Shown in pieces: positions 1 through 8,343 of a stretch of DNA of 20,780 bases; the stretch's first letter is position 1, and the number at the start of each line of letters is the position of its first letter. Under the pieces are notes generated by a model. That model saw only the letters and a list, made by a program, of their open reading frames with translations. It was not told the DNA's origin and made no database searches. A program made the position numbers and the translations under genes. This DNA comes from Candidatus Micrarchaeota archaeon (GTDB taxonomy: Archaea; B1Sed10-29): NCBI GenBank assembly GCA_964388265.1, contig CAYLXZ010000003.1:21145-41924 (forward strand), read 5' to 3'.

Positions 1-2
1 AA

Positions 3-542
3 CCAAATAAAGAATGGACCATGACTGAGATACATGAAGAATCAGGAGTGTCAAGACCTACTGCTAGAAAGATAATAAATGATTTAAAAGACCTGAAGCT
101 TCTATAAAAAAGAAAGAAAGGAAATCTATCCCTCATACAACTGAACACAGGGACAGAGACATATCAAACCATTAAAAAACTTATAAATATAGGTAAAGAG
201 ATCACAGAAGAACAAGTAAAACCATTTACAGAGAATCTATGGCAAGGAATTGAGGATAGAATAGATTCAATAATCCTATACGGATCGGCAGCTAAAGGAA
301 CATTAACCCCTAAGTCCGATATAGATATATTAATACTCGCGAAATCAGAACAAGATATTGAAGAGATCGAAAAGAGAGCAAGGGAGTTATCTGAAGAATA
401 TACAGAGATATCTCTACCAATAGAAACAATAACAATGGAAACCCAGAAGTTCAACGAAAAAATCCATAGCGGAAACGACTTTGCTAACTCAGTGCTGAAG
501 AACCATGAAGTACTAAAAGGTGAAGAGATTGAAGCAACATGA
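3..542 (+). pseudogene. HTH-minimal nucleotidyltransferase (MNT) fusion interrupted by an in-frame TAA; 5' end lies outside the window
   Basis: Not in the ORF track. Frame +3 reads PNKEWTMTEIHEESGVSRPTARKIINDLKDLKLL*KRKKGNLSLIQLN (winged-HTH-like), then IILYGSAAKGTLTPKSDIDILIL (GS-x10-DxD MNT motif), ending at TGA 540-542. The only internal stop is TAA 105-107. It overlaps the downstream HEPN gene. Confidence 0.8.
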
Positions 543-921
543 GAAAGATTTAAAAGAAGCTGAACTTTACCTAAAACTATCCAAAGAAGCTGAAAATTCC
601 CAGAACCCGCAGAAAAGAACGGTAGCCACCTTCCTATACATACAGTGCCTGATAAAAGCTAACGATGCTCTATGTGAAAGATACCTAGGTGAAACCCCTA
701 ATAAACATGGAGATACTGCTTACTTCTTCAAAAGACTGTACCAAGAAGACTACATAGATAAGAAGTACTCAAGGCACAGAGATAAGCTCACTAAGTGGAT
801 ACAGGAAAAATCAAAGGCACAGTATCAATCGAAGATATATAAACCAAGTGACACAAGAAAACTTAGAAAACAAACTAAGAGATTTTTAAGGGACGCGAAG
901 AAAATATTGAAGAGACAATAA
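529..921 (+). CDS. HEPN domain protein, partner of the upstream MNT
   Basis: Helical ~130 aa protein with IKANDALCERYLG, NKHGD and KSKAQY segments typical of HEPN families, directly downstream of and overlapping an MNT gene. The ORF track starts at GTG 520; TTG 529 is preferred because GGTGA (519-523) then serves as the SD. Confidence 0.75.
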   Translation: MKQHEKDLKEAELYLKLSKEAENSQNPQKRTVATFLYIQCLIKANDALCERYLGETPNKHGDTAYFFKRLYQEDYIDKKYSRHRDKLTKWIQEKSKAQYQSKIYKPSDTRKLRKQTKRFLRDAKKILKRQ

Positions 922-944
922 CTGGAATAGAGAAACGTGGGAAT

Positions 945-1682
945 ATGTGGAGTAAAGACCAGATAAAGAAACATAAAAAAGCAGCTGAAAAGATAAAAAG
1001 AATAAAAAACAATTCTTTTAACCTAATCAAAGAAAAAGAAGATATAACAGAGCATCGAGTACAGAGTTTCATACTAGAGAGATTCAAAAAGCATAATCTA
1101 GTAACAGATGAAGATCCACCTATAGTCTGCTTTAGAGAAAATACCTCGAAAACCCATTACTATCCTTCCAAAGACTCAAAGACACTTAAAGAAAACACAC
1201 TTATCCTAATTGACATATGGGCTAAACTAAATAGGCCTGAATCTCCATTCGCAGATGCCACCTGGATGGCCTACTACGGTGACGAGATCCCTCAAGATAT
1301 CAAGAGACTATTCAAAGTTGTAATTTCCTCTAGAGACAGATGTTTAGAATTCATAGATAAAAAACTCTCCAATGGACATATACCAACTGGTGAAGAAATT
1401 CACAGCATTTCGAAGACATATATAGAGAAAGCAGGATACGGAGAGCAACTGGAGCATATGACAGGACACGTATTAGGATTCAAATCTCCACATGGCGAAA
1501 CATCCATCGATATCGATGAAGGAGAAGAAAAACCTCTCTCAATAAACCAAGGATACACAATAGAGCCAGGTATCTACTTCCCAAGGAAACACGGGTTTAG
1601 AACAGAGATAGACTTCTACATAACTCAAGAAAAAAAGATAGAAGTTACTTCAGAGATCCAAGAAGAAATCATCCTTATTTAA
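945..1682 (+). CDS. M24 family (Xaa-Pro) metallopeptidase, catalytic domain only
   Basis: Metal-ligand motifs LIDIW, FADATW, HMTGHVLG, YTIEPGIY and RTEID are present; 245 aa with no N-terminal creatinase-like domain. Confidence 0.88.
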   Translation: MWSKDQIKKHKKAAEKIKRIKNNSFNLIKEKEDITEHRVQSFILERFKKHNLVTDEDPPIVCFRENTSKTHYYPSKDSKTLKENTLILIDIWAKLNRPESPFADATWMAYYGDEIPQDIKRLFKVVISSRDRCLEFIDKKLSNGHIPTGEEIHSISKTYIEKAGYGEQLEHMTGHVLGFKSPHGETSIDIDEGEEKPLSINQGYTIEPGIYFPRKHGFRTEIDFYITQEKKIEVTSEIQEEIILI

Positions 1683-1756
1683 GTACCTCTCTCAACACTC
1701 AAAAATTATATATCTTTCTCCAAAAAATATTTAAGCCAACAGTTCTTTTTCTAAAC

Positions 1757-3052
1757 ATGGATAACCAAGAACTTGCAGATAAACTAGTTAACCAGAATCT
1801 TTCAATAGGAAGAAAAACCAATCCAGGGATAAAGAAAGCCAAATCAAAATACGGAGAAGAAATAATCGATAAAATAAAAGAAAAAACAGAAGAAATAAAA
1901 GAAAAGAAGATCAAGGAACTGAAAAAACCCAGATACGGACCCCTAATACACGAAGAAAAAGGAAAACTAAAACTCAAAGAAGAGATAGGGTATTCAGTGA
2001 TAATAAAATGCCACCCTAACAACAAAGACCTAGCAAGAGAAATAGAAAGAAAATGCCTGAAAAACGGAGCACACACTCTACTGCTAACCACTAATGTGGA
2101 AAGAGCCAAAGAAAAATACAATCTCCCACCACAAGATTCTTTAAAAGAACTTCCCGAGATATCAAAATCACTCGCAGGAGAACCAGACTATACAATAGCC
2201 ATTGAACCAATAGAAAGCACCTCCTGGAAGAAAAATATCTCAAAACAAAGACTAAAATCCCATGCCCCAGTAAAGAAGAAAACAAGCGAAATCAGAGACA
2301 AAAACAAAGTAAGATGGAGCCTAATAGGATGGCCACATAAAGAAATAGCCAAAGAGCTTGGAATAACACACAGAAAATTCAAAGGAGTTCTAGAATCTAC
2401 CTTAGAAGAATCCTTCAACCCAGAAATGAGGGAACTCACGAAAAAATGGCATGAAACACTCAAAGGAACTGAAGAAATAACTATAGAGAGCGAAGAAGGA
2501 ACCGAACTAACCCTAGAAGTCAAGGGACGACACTTCTTAGAAGATAATGGAATACTCAGCAAAGAAGACATAGAAAGAGGAGATATAGGGATGAACTTCC
2601 CCTGCGGAGAGGTATTCACCGCCCCCCAAGAGACCGGAGCAGAAGGAGAAATATTCATACCAAAGACAGTTGTATCAAGCTACGGTACAGTCGAAGACCT
2701 ATGGCTAGAGTTCGAAGAAGGAAAAGTAGAGGACTACTCCGCTGAGAAGAACGAAGAATACCTAACCAGATTCTTTGAAGAGAATACTGAAGGAATAAAA
2801 ACCATAGCTGAACTTGGAATAGGATGTAACAAAGAAGCAGAATACACAGAAGGATACATACTAATAGATGAGAAAATAATGGGAACAATACACATAGCAG
2901 TAGGATGGAACAAAGGATTTGGAGGAGAAACTCAGGCTTCCTCACACCATGATTTCATAAAACCAATGGATAAAGGAAAAATGTACGCGGATGGACAGCT
3001 AGTTATGGAGAAAGGTAAGCCAATATGGAAAACAGGAAAAATCAAGAAGTGA
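1757..3052 (+). CDS. M29 family aminopeptidase (AmpS/AmpT type)
   Basis: Motifs NFPCGEVFTAP, IAELGIG, DEKIMGTIHIAVG and SHHDF; TATA-like TATTTAAG about 25 nt upstream. Confidence 0.92.
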   Translation: MDNQELADKLVNQNLSIGRKTNPGIKKAKSKYGEEIIDKIKEKTEEIKEKKIKELKKPRYGPLIHEEKGKLKLKEEIGYSVIIKCHPNNKDLAREIERKCLKNGAHTLLLTTNVERAKEKYNLPPQDSLKELPEISKSLAGEPDYTIAIEPIESTSWKKNISKQRLKSHAPVKKKTSEIRDKNKVRWSLIGWPHKEIAKELGITHRKFKGVLESTLEESFNPEMRELTKKWHETLKGTEEITIESEEGTELTLEVKGRHFLEDNGILSKEDIERGDIGMNFPCGEVFTAPQETGAEGEIFIPKTVVSSYGTVEDLWLEFEEGKVEDYSAEKNEEYLTRFFEENTEGIKTIAELGIGCNKEAEYTEGYILIDEKIMGTIHIAVGWNKGFGGETQASSHHDFIKPMDKGKMYADGQLVMEKGKPIWKTGKIKK

Positions 3053-3056
3053 TAAA

Positions 3057-4502
3057 ATGGACCTAAATCAACTCAGGAAAGAGCTTGAACAGAAGAATAT
3101 AGATATATCGAAAGAGAAGTACTCACAGTACGCAGGCCTAGAATACAGCGAAGATAAAATCGAGAAGAAATCAAAAGAGAAAGAAGAAATATCCAAGAAA
3201 GCTCTAAAAAAACTAGATAGAAATCAAATTCCAAAAGACCTACATCAATCCCTTGTGATGAACTCCATAGCCTCCAAGTTATCTAAAATAGAGAACAAGA
3301 TATACAGAATCCGTACAGAAGATGTCAAAACCTCTGTGAATGAAAAAGAGGTTACTTTGAGCAACTGGAGAACATGGAACTCAAAGCACCTCAGAGACTA
3401 CGAGAAAAGAGAAAAAGTATTCAACTCTCTTATAAACCAATCCGACAAACTAAAATCCTTAGTGAAGAAAAGATTCGACCTAGAGAAAGATAAACTCCAG
3501 GAATACGGCTACAGCCCTCTGGGAATATACTTAGATAGAGAAGAAGTATCCAAGGAAAAACTGATGGATTTAGTTAAGTCATCAGCCGAAAAAGCTTCCG
3601 TAGAATTCCAAAAGATAAAAAACAAGATCTCAAAAGAAGCCATAGATAAAGAGATGGAATACTACGATGACTTCTACATCTATAGACACAGCATCTACAA
3701 GCCCTTCGACAACGTGTTCGAAGACATAGACTTCAGAGAAAAGATGAATCAGGTCTTCAGGGACATGGAATTTAACCTAGATAAAATAAATGTAGACGCA
3801 GAGAAAAGAGAAGGAAAAACCCCCTCACCAATGTGCATAGGGATACAGGTACCGAACGACGTGAGAGTACTATACCAAGAAACAACTCCATTCGGAGATT
3901 TCAAAAGCTACTGCCACGAAATGGGCCACGCACTCCACTTTGCCTCAGTAAATGGAGATCTGAAATACGAGGACAAGTATATTATTCCAGCAGGAGTAGC
4001 AGAGGTCTTCTCCACCTTATTCGAATCCCTAGCAACCAACCCAATGTTCCTAAAACAAGAGCTAGGTGTAGAGCAAGAAAAGATAGATGAACTGAAGAGA
4101 AGAGAAAGGTTCATGCAACTGTACTACTTAACCTTCTATGGTTCAAACGCGCAGATGAAGATAGAATACTGGAACAAGGATTATAGCATTCAAGAAGCCA
4201 CCAATAGATACCAAGAGATATACCAGAAATACGTAGGAGAAGAAATACCAGGAGAATACTGGTTACTACACCATGTTATGCCAATGTACGATATATACGG
4301 TCCAAGCTACCTGCTAGCTCACGTAAGGAAATCCGAGTTACTTGAAAAAATTAAAGAAGAATACAGGGAAGACTGGTGGAGAAGCAAGAAAGCAGGCAGA
4401 TACATCAGAGAGAAGTTAATGGGTCCAGGAGCAAAAATACCTCTAGAAGAATTCTCTAGATTAAACGAAGAACTCTACCTAGATAGAATAATAGAAAAAT
4501 GA
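3057..4502 (+). CDS. M3-like zinc metallopeptidase (oligopeptidase)
   Basis: HEMGHALH (HExxH) followed by AEVFSTLFE (third-ligand Glu segment) and a C-terminal HH/YGPSY region; starts just after the M29 stop (4-nt gap) with a GTGA SD. Confidence 0.8.
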   Translation: MDLNQLRKELEQKNIDISKEKYSQYAGLEYSEDKIEKKSKEKEEISKKALKKLDRNQIPKDLHQSLVMNSIASKLSKIENKIYRIRTEDVKTSVNEKEVTLSNWRTWNSKHLRDYEKREKVFNSLINQSDKLKSLVKKRFDLEKDKLQEYGYSPLGIYLDREEVSKEKLMDLVKSSAEKASVEFQKIKNKISKEAIDKEMEYYDDFYIYRHSIYKPFDNVFEDIDFREKMNQVFRDMEFNLDKINVDAEKREGKTPSPMCIGIQVPNDVRVLYQETTPFGDFKSYCHEMGHALHFASVNGDLKYEDKYIIPAGVAEVFSTLFESLATNPMFLKQELGVEQEKIDELKRRERFMQLYYLTFYGSNAQMKIEYWNKDYSIQEATNRYQEIYQKYVGEEIPGEYWLLHHVMPMYDIYGPSYLLAHVRKSELLEKIKEEYREDWWRSKKAGRYIREKLMGPGAKIPLEEFSRLNEELYLDRIIEK

Positions 4503-4517
4503 AAAAAGGTTAGGGAC

Positions 4518-5162
4518 CTAAACTGCTCCCATTAAACTAGGTCCTAGGGCAATGGAAAGTAGCATTACAATTAACATCACTATTATTGATGCTATTAACC
4601 AACCTACTATTCCTTTCGCGGTTGTTGTATCGTTAGCTACTGCTATACCTGTTCCCTTTACCCAGGTGCTCCAGATGAAGAATAGAATACCTAGGATTGA
4701 GATTGCTCCCATTGAAGTCATTGCCTGTTGTGGTGAATTTACAGCGCTCTGAATAACTCCTACCATAACTAGAGACATCACTATCGACTGTACTAGATCT
4801 AAAGATGTACTGTACCCTATTACTCCAACTGTTTTCTCTTTATCTAGTTCTTTATCTGCCCAGGATGAAGCTATCCATCCTCCGAATAGAGCGGTTATGA
4901 ATAATACAATTATCCCTACAGATATGGTTACCGCTGTGGTGGTTGCTGTGGGTAGGAATGAGCCTTGCATGGTTGCTGGAAGTTGGGATGCAAGATCTTC
5001 CATCATTCCGATGGTGATTCCGTTGGATATGAGTGTTCCTAGAGCTATTAGTATGATTCCTATGATTAATCCATTTTTCCAGGTTACATCGCTTTTTATA
5101 TCTTCGAACGCTGACCTAGGTTTGTATAGTACTCTATGCAGTTGATCTATTCTGAAGTTCAT
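4518..5162 (-). CDS. Yip1-domain membrane protein
   Basis: N-terminal VLYKPRSAFEDI motif and about five hydrophobic helices; SD GGAGGTG upstream. Confidence 0.82.
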   Translation of the reverse strand: MNFRIDQLHRVLYKPRSAFEDIKSDVTWKNGLIIGIILIALGTLISNGITIGMMEDLASQLPATMQGSFLPTATTTAVTISVGIIVLFITALFGGWIASSWADKELDKEKTVGVIGYSTSLDLVQSIVMSLVMVGVIQSAVNSPQQAMTSMGAISILGILFFIWSTWVKGTGIAVANDTTTAKGIVGWLIASIIVMLIVMLLSIALGPSLMGAV

Positions 5163-5182
5163 CTCTCCACCTCCAGTTGTTT

Positions 5183-5197
5183 AACTCGATGAGTATT
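5183..5197. promoter_or_regulatory. Putative operator AACTCGATGAGTATT (copy 1) overlapping the yip1 TATA box
   Basis: Palindromic core ACTC-N3-GAGT; identical 15-mer at 15648-15662; minus-strand TTTAAATA at 5194-5201. Confidence 0.45.
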
Positions 5198-5268
5198 TAA
5201 AAGAGTTTTCTTAAAGAGAATAAAAAAATGAAGGAGTTGGTTTAGCTTCCTTCGTCTAGTAGGGCTCT

Positions 5269-5565
5269 CTAGTGGTTAAATTCGATTCCTCCGATCTTGT
5301 CAGCAACTATGTTGTAGAGGAATGCTACGATAGCTCCACCTATAAATCCTTGGATAGCCATCATTATAGGCATTACTACTATCATATATATTGCTATTCC
5401 TCCTACCATTCCTGCAGCTCCTGGAATCATACTTAGCATTCCAGCTATTGCAGAAGTTCCGGCAGCCGCTAGTAATCCGAAGATAAATCCTATTATGGCT
5501 CCGAGAACGGCGAGAATTTTTGCTACTGACATTACATCGAATTTCTTCATTTCAATTGTTGGCAT
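5269..5565 (-). CDS. Small membrane protein, DUF3566-like
   Basis: KKFDVMSVAK N-terminus, two hydrophobic segments and a LYNIVADKIGGIE C-terminus; SD GGAGGTGA. Confidence 0.72.
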   Translation of the reverse strand: MPTIEMKKFDVMSVAKILAVLGAIIGFIFGLLAAAGTSAIAGMLSMIPGAAGMVGGIAIYMIVVMPIMMAIQGFIGGAIVAFLYNIVADKIGGIEFNH

Positions 5566-5615
5566 GGATCTTCACCTCCAGATAACTAAATACCTTTTCC
5601 TTTTTAAACATTTCT

Positions 5616-6632
5616 CTATTTTCGGGTTTTTGGAAGTAATTGGATGTCGAGAACCACTTCTTTCTTCCCTGGGGAGTAACTTAGAACCTCTCTCTTGTCA
5701 AGTACCTTGAAGTTGTCTATGTGTTTCTCTATTTCTTGGAGTGGTTTCTTGAATGGGTTGGGTTTTTCTCCTAGTGAGTAGTAGTGGATCACTGCGTTGT
5801 CCGCAGTGTTTTTTAGGATAGGTTCGATGAAGTTCTCGGCTTGGGTTGGCATGGGAGCTATCACTCGGTCAAAGCTATATCCTTCTAGATCTTTAACGTC
5901 TCTTTGTAGTGGTTTTATCTTGTCTGTGAATTTGTTGAGCATTATGTTTTCTTCTAGATATCTATAAGCGTCTGGGTTTAACTCTACCGCGGTTATCTTT
6001 ATGTCTTGGTTTTTTCTAGCTGCTACGAGTGCGAATGGACCTACTCCTGCGAATAGGTAACCTATTTCTTCACCTGGGTTTATCTTGTCTGCTACTATTT
6101 CTCTTTCATGGCTTAGTCTTGAGTTGAAGTACATTTTGTTGAGATCTAGCTTCATCTTCACTCTATGTTCTTTGTGCAAGGTCTCTGTTTTTTCTTCTCC
6201 AGTTATCACTTCCACTGGCCTTACTCTGTATTTTCCCTGTGTTTTTTCCTGTCTCTTGCACACGGTTGAGACGCTTGGATGAATCTCCATTATTGCTTTC
6301 CCTATTTCTTTTTCTTTTTTCTCTAGTTCTTCAGGCATCTCTATGACTGCTATGTCTCCTATTATGTCGAAAGAGGTAACGAGTAGATCTAGTTCTTTTT
6401 CGGTTAATTTATCTTCCAGAGCTTCTTTCAGGCTATTTGGATTGGTTTCTTTGGGCTCTAGGTCTTTTTCTATTGTCTCTATTCCTTCTACGTCTTTCTT
6501 CAAGGGGAAGTAGACGTTCGACTGGTCTTTAACTACTTTGTAGTCTTGGTTTAATGCGTTTTGGCTGATTAGTTTCTTCCTTATCTCTTCAGCTTTTTCC
6601 TTTTTGGTCTTTGCGCAGGTGACTTTAGCCAT
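5616..6632 (-). CDS. trm5: tRNA (guanine37-N1)-methyltransferase Trm5, probably Trm5a/Taw22 type
   Basis: SFDIIGDIAVI, YRVR, HKEH, MYFNSRLSHER, FAGVGPF (SAM motif I) and VELNPDA, plus an N-terminal D1 domain. Motif IV reads PMP rather than NLP. Confidence 0.92.
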   Translation of the reverse strand: MAKVTCAKTKKEKAEEIRKKLISQNALNQDYKVVKDQSNVYFPLKKDVEGIETIEKDLEPKETNPNSLKEALEDKLTEKELDLLVTSFDIIGDIAVIEMPEELEKKEKEIGKAIMEIHPSVSTVCKRQEKTQGKYRVRPVEVITGEEKTETLHKEHRVKMKLDLNKMYFNSRLSHEREIVADKINPGEEIGYLFAGVGPFALVAARKNQDIKITAVELNPDAYRYLEENIMLNKFTDKIKPLQRDVKDLEGYSFDRVIAPMPTQAENFIEPILKNTADNAVIHYYSLGEKPNPFKKPLQEIEKHIDNFKVLDKREVLSYSPGKKEVVLDIQLLPKTRK

Positions 6633-6678
6633 GTTTTAATTAACCGGGTGAGTTAATTTAATCGTTGGAGTTGACTGG

Positions 6679-7482
6679 ATGGCTATAAGTGAATTCATCA
6701 ATAGATTCTATATCAGGCCAGTAATCGAGGGAACAGGCTATAATATCTTTAATACAGTTACTTATGCAGCTATATTAATCATAGCGGTCTTCCTATTGCT
6801 TAAGTTGATCAGGAAGATGGATATTGGTCTTGATAGATCTCTTTGGATTAATTTGCTTCCTTTTGTTTTCCTTGGTGGTGTTACACGTGCTTTGGAGGAT
6901 GTTGGGTTTTTCTCTTTCCTCGGAACCTGGAACTACTTATTCGTAACTCCTTTGATCTATATAATTATATTCTTAACTGCTTTTATACCGTTAATTGTTA
7001 TTAACTGGTTTGATTTGAGAGATCGGTATCTAGGTTACTTTGGATCTTTTCTCCTAGCGATTTTCTCGATCTTCGTTGCCTTGGAGTCGGTTAGGGTTGG
7101 TTTCTTCTTCCTGGCTTTGGGTATTGCTATCTCAGGGTGTTTCATCACTTATCTTATCTTAGTTAAATATGGTTTGAATAGATTTAGAAATATTATGAAT
7201 TGGTCTCCTATCTTTGCGCATTCTCTGGATGCTTCGGCTAGCTACACTGCTATTGCGCTGGTTGGTGGTTATACTGAGCAGCATGTTCTTCCTTCTGCTA
7301 TCTTCGGTGCCTTACCTGTGTTTATCTTTATTCCTATTAAGCTGGCTTTGGCTGCTGGTGTTGTCTTTTTCATTGATAGTGAGTTAGAGGGGAAGTGGTG
7401 TTGGATGCTTAAGTTCACTGTATTGGTTCTTGGCCTTGGCCCTGGTACGCGTAATCTATTGACTATGCTTATGGGAACTTAG
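6679..7482 (+). CDS. DUF63 family archaeal membrane protein
   Basis: GYNIFNTVTYA, RALED, LFVTPLIY, AHSLDASAS, YTEQHVL and LVLGLGPGTRN motifs; multiple TM helices. Confidence 0.88.
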   Translation: MAISEFINRFYIRPVIEGTGYNIFNTVTYAAILIIAVFLLLKLIRKMDIGLDRSLWINLLPFVFLGGVTRALEDVGFFSFLGTWNYLFVTPLIYIIIFLTAFIPLIVINWFDLRDRYLGYFGSFLLAIFSIFVALESVRVGFFFLALGIAISGCFITYLILVKYGLNRFRNIMNWSPIFAHSLDASASYTAIALVGGYTEQHVLPSAIFGALPVFIFIPIKLALAAGVVFFIDSELEGKWCWMLKFTVLVLGLGPGTRNLLTMLMGT

Positions 7483-7491
7483 AGTTAGCTT

Positions 7492-8343
7492 TCATGGTTT
7501 CTGGTACCATGCTTTTTCTTCTTTTTTCATCTTATTGAGTTTTGGTATCTTCTCTGTTAGTGTTTCTTTTTCTTCTTGGTATAGTATCCCTATTGGTATC
7601 TTTTCTTTTTCTTCTAGGTTGTAGTCCCATTCCTCTGCTTTCTTGAGGGCTTCTTCCTTGTCTTTTCTGTCGTGTTCTGTTTCTTCGAGTTTGTATAGGT
7701 TTTCTTCTATGTATTCCGTGGTGTCGTGGTAGATTAGGCATGGGAATGCTACGTCCACGAGTGCGAATCCATCGTGTTTTATTGCTTTTCTGAATACTTC
7801 GGTGGTGTGTTTTAATTCACTTGGGTATACTCTTGCTACGAAGCTTGCTCCTGCGTTGATCGCTAGTTTTAATGGATTCATTGGTTGGTGTAGTGACCCT
7901 GTTGGCTGTGCTTTTGTTTTGAATCCTTTTTCTGAGGTTGGTGTTGCTTGTCCTGTGGTTAGTGAGAATGCTTGGTTGTTGTGAACTATCATTGTCATGT
8001 CTGGGTTGTATCTTGGCATCTGCAGGAAGTGTGATAGTCCTTCTGAGTAGGTGTCTCCGTCTCCTCCGAAACCTATCACTGTGAGGTTTGGGTTTCCTAG
8101 CTTCATTCCTATGCAGGTTGGTAGTAGTCTTCCGTGTAGGGAGTATACTCCTCCTATGTTTAGGTAGTCGAACATTTTTCCATGGCATCCTATTCCTGCG
8201 GCCATTGAGATATCTTCATGCTCTAGATCTGTTTCTTCTATCTCTTTAGATAATGTTTTCTTTATTGCTTCTAGTATCATGAAGTTCGGGCATCCTGGGC
8301 ACCAGGTGCTTTCTTTATCTGTCTGTAGTTTTTCCTTGTTCAT
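7492..8343 (-). CDS. korB: 2-oxoacid:ferredoxin oxidoreductase beta subunit
   Basis: TWCPGC, GIGC, LHGR, GGDGD (TPP-binding) and LTTGQATPT; 4-nt overlap with the alpha subunit. Substrate is not determinable from sequence. Confidence 0.95.
   Translation of the reverse strand: MNKEKLQTDKESTWCPGCPNFMILEAIKKTLSKEIEETDLEHEDISMAAGIGCHGKMFDYLNIGGVYSLHGRLLPTCIGMKLGNPNLTVIGFGGDGDTYSEGLSHFLQMPRYNPDMTMIVHNNQAFSLTTGQATPTSEKGFKTKAQPTGSLHQPMNPLKLAINAGASFVARVYPSELKHTTEVFRKAIKHDGFALVDVAFPCLIYHDTTEYIEENLYKLEETEHDRKDKEEALKKAEEWDYNLEEKEKIPIGILYQEEKETLTEKIPKLNKMKKEEKAWYQKP

Noticed and set aside
105..107. Genome-wide TAA reassignment as an explanation of the MNT stop
   Set aside because: TAA terminates several well-defined genes in this window (M24 peptidase, lrp, trkH, trkA).
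164..454. 96-aa minus-strand ORF, and the many similar Ser/Phe/Leu-rich antisense or alternate-frame ORFs in the track
   Set aside because: They are shadows of A-rich genes on the opposite strand or frame; here the real frame is the plus-strand MNT.
6638..6658. Inverted repeat AATTAAC/GTTAATT between trm5 and DUF63
   Set aside because: Adequately explained by two overlapping divergent AT-rich promoters in a 46-bp gap.
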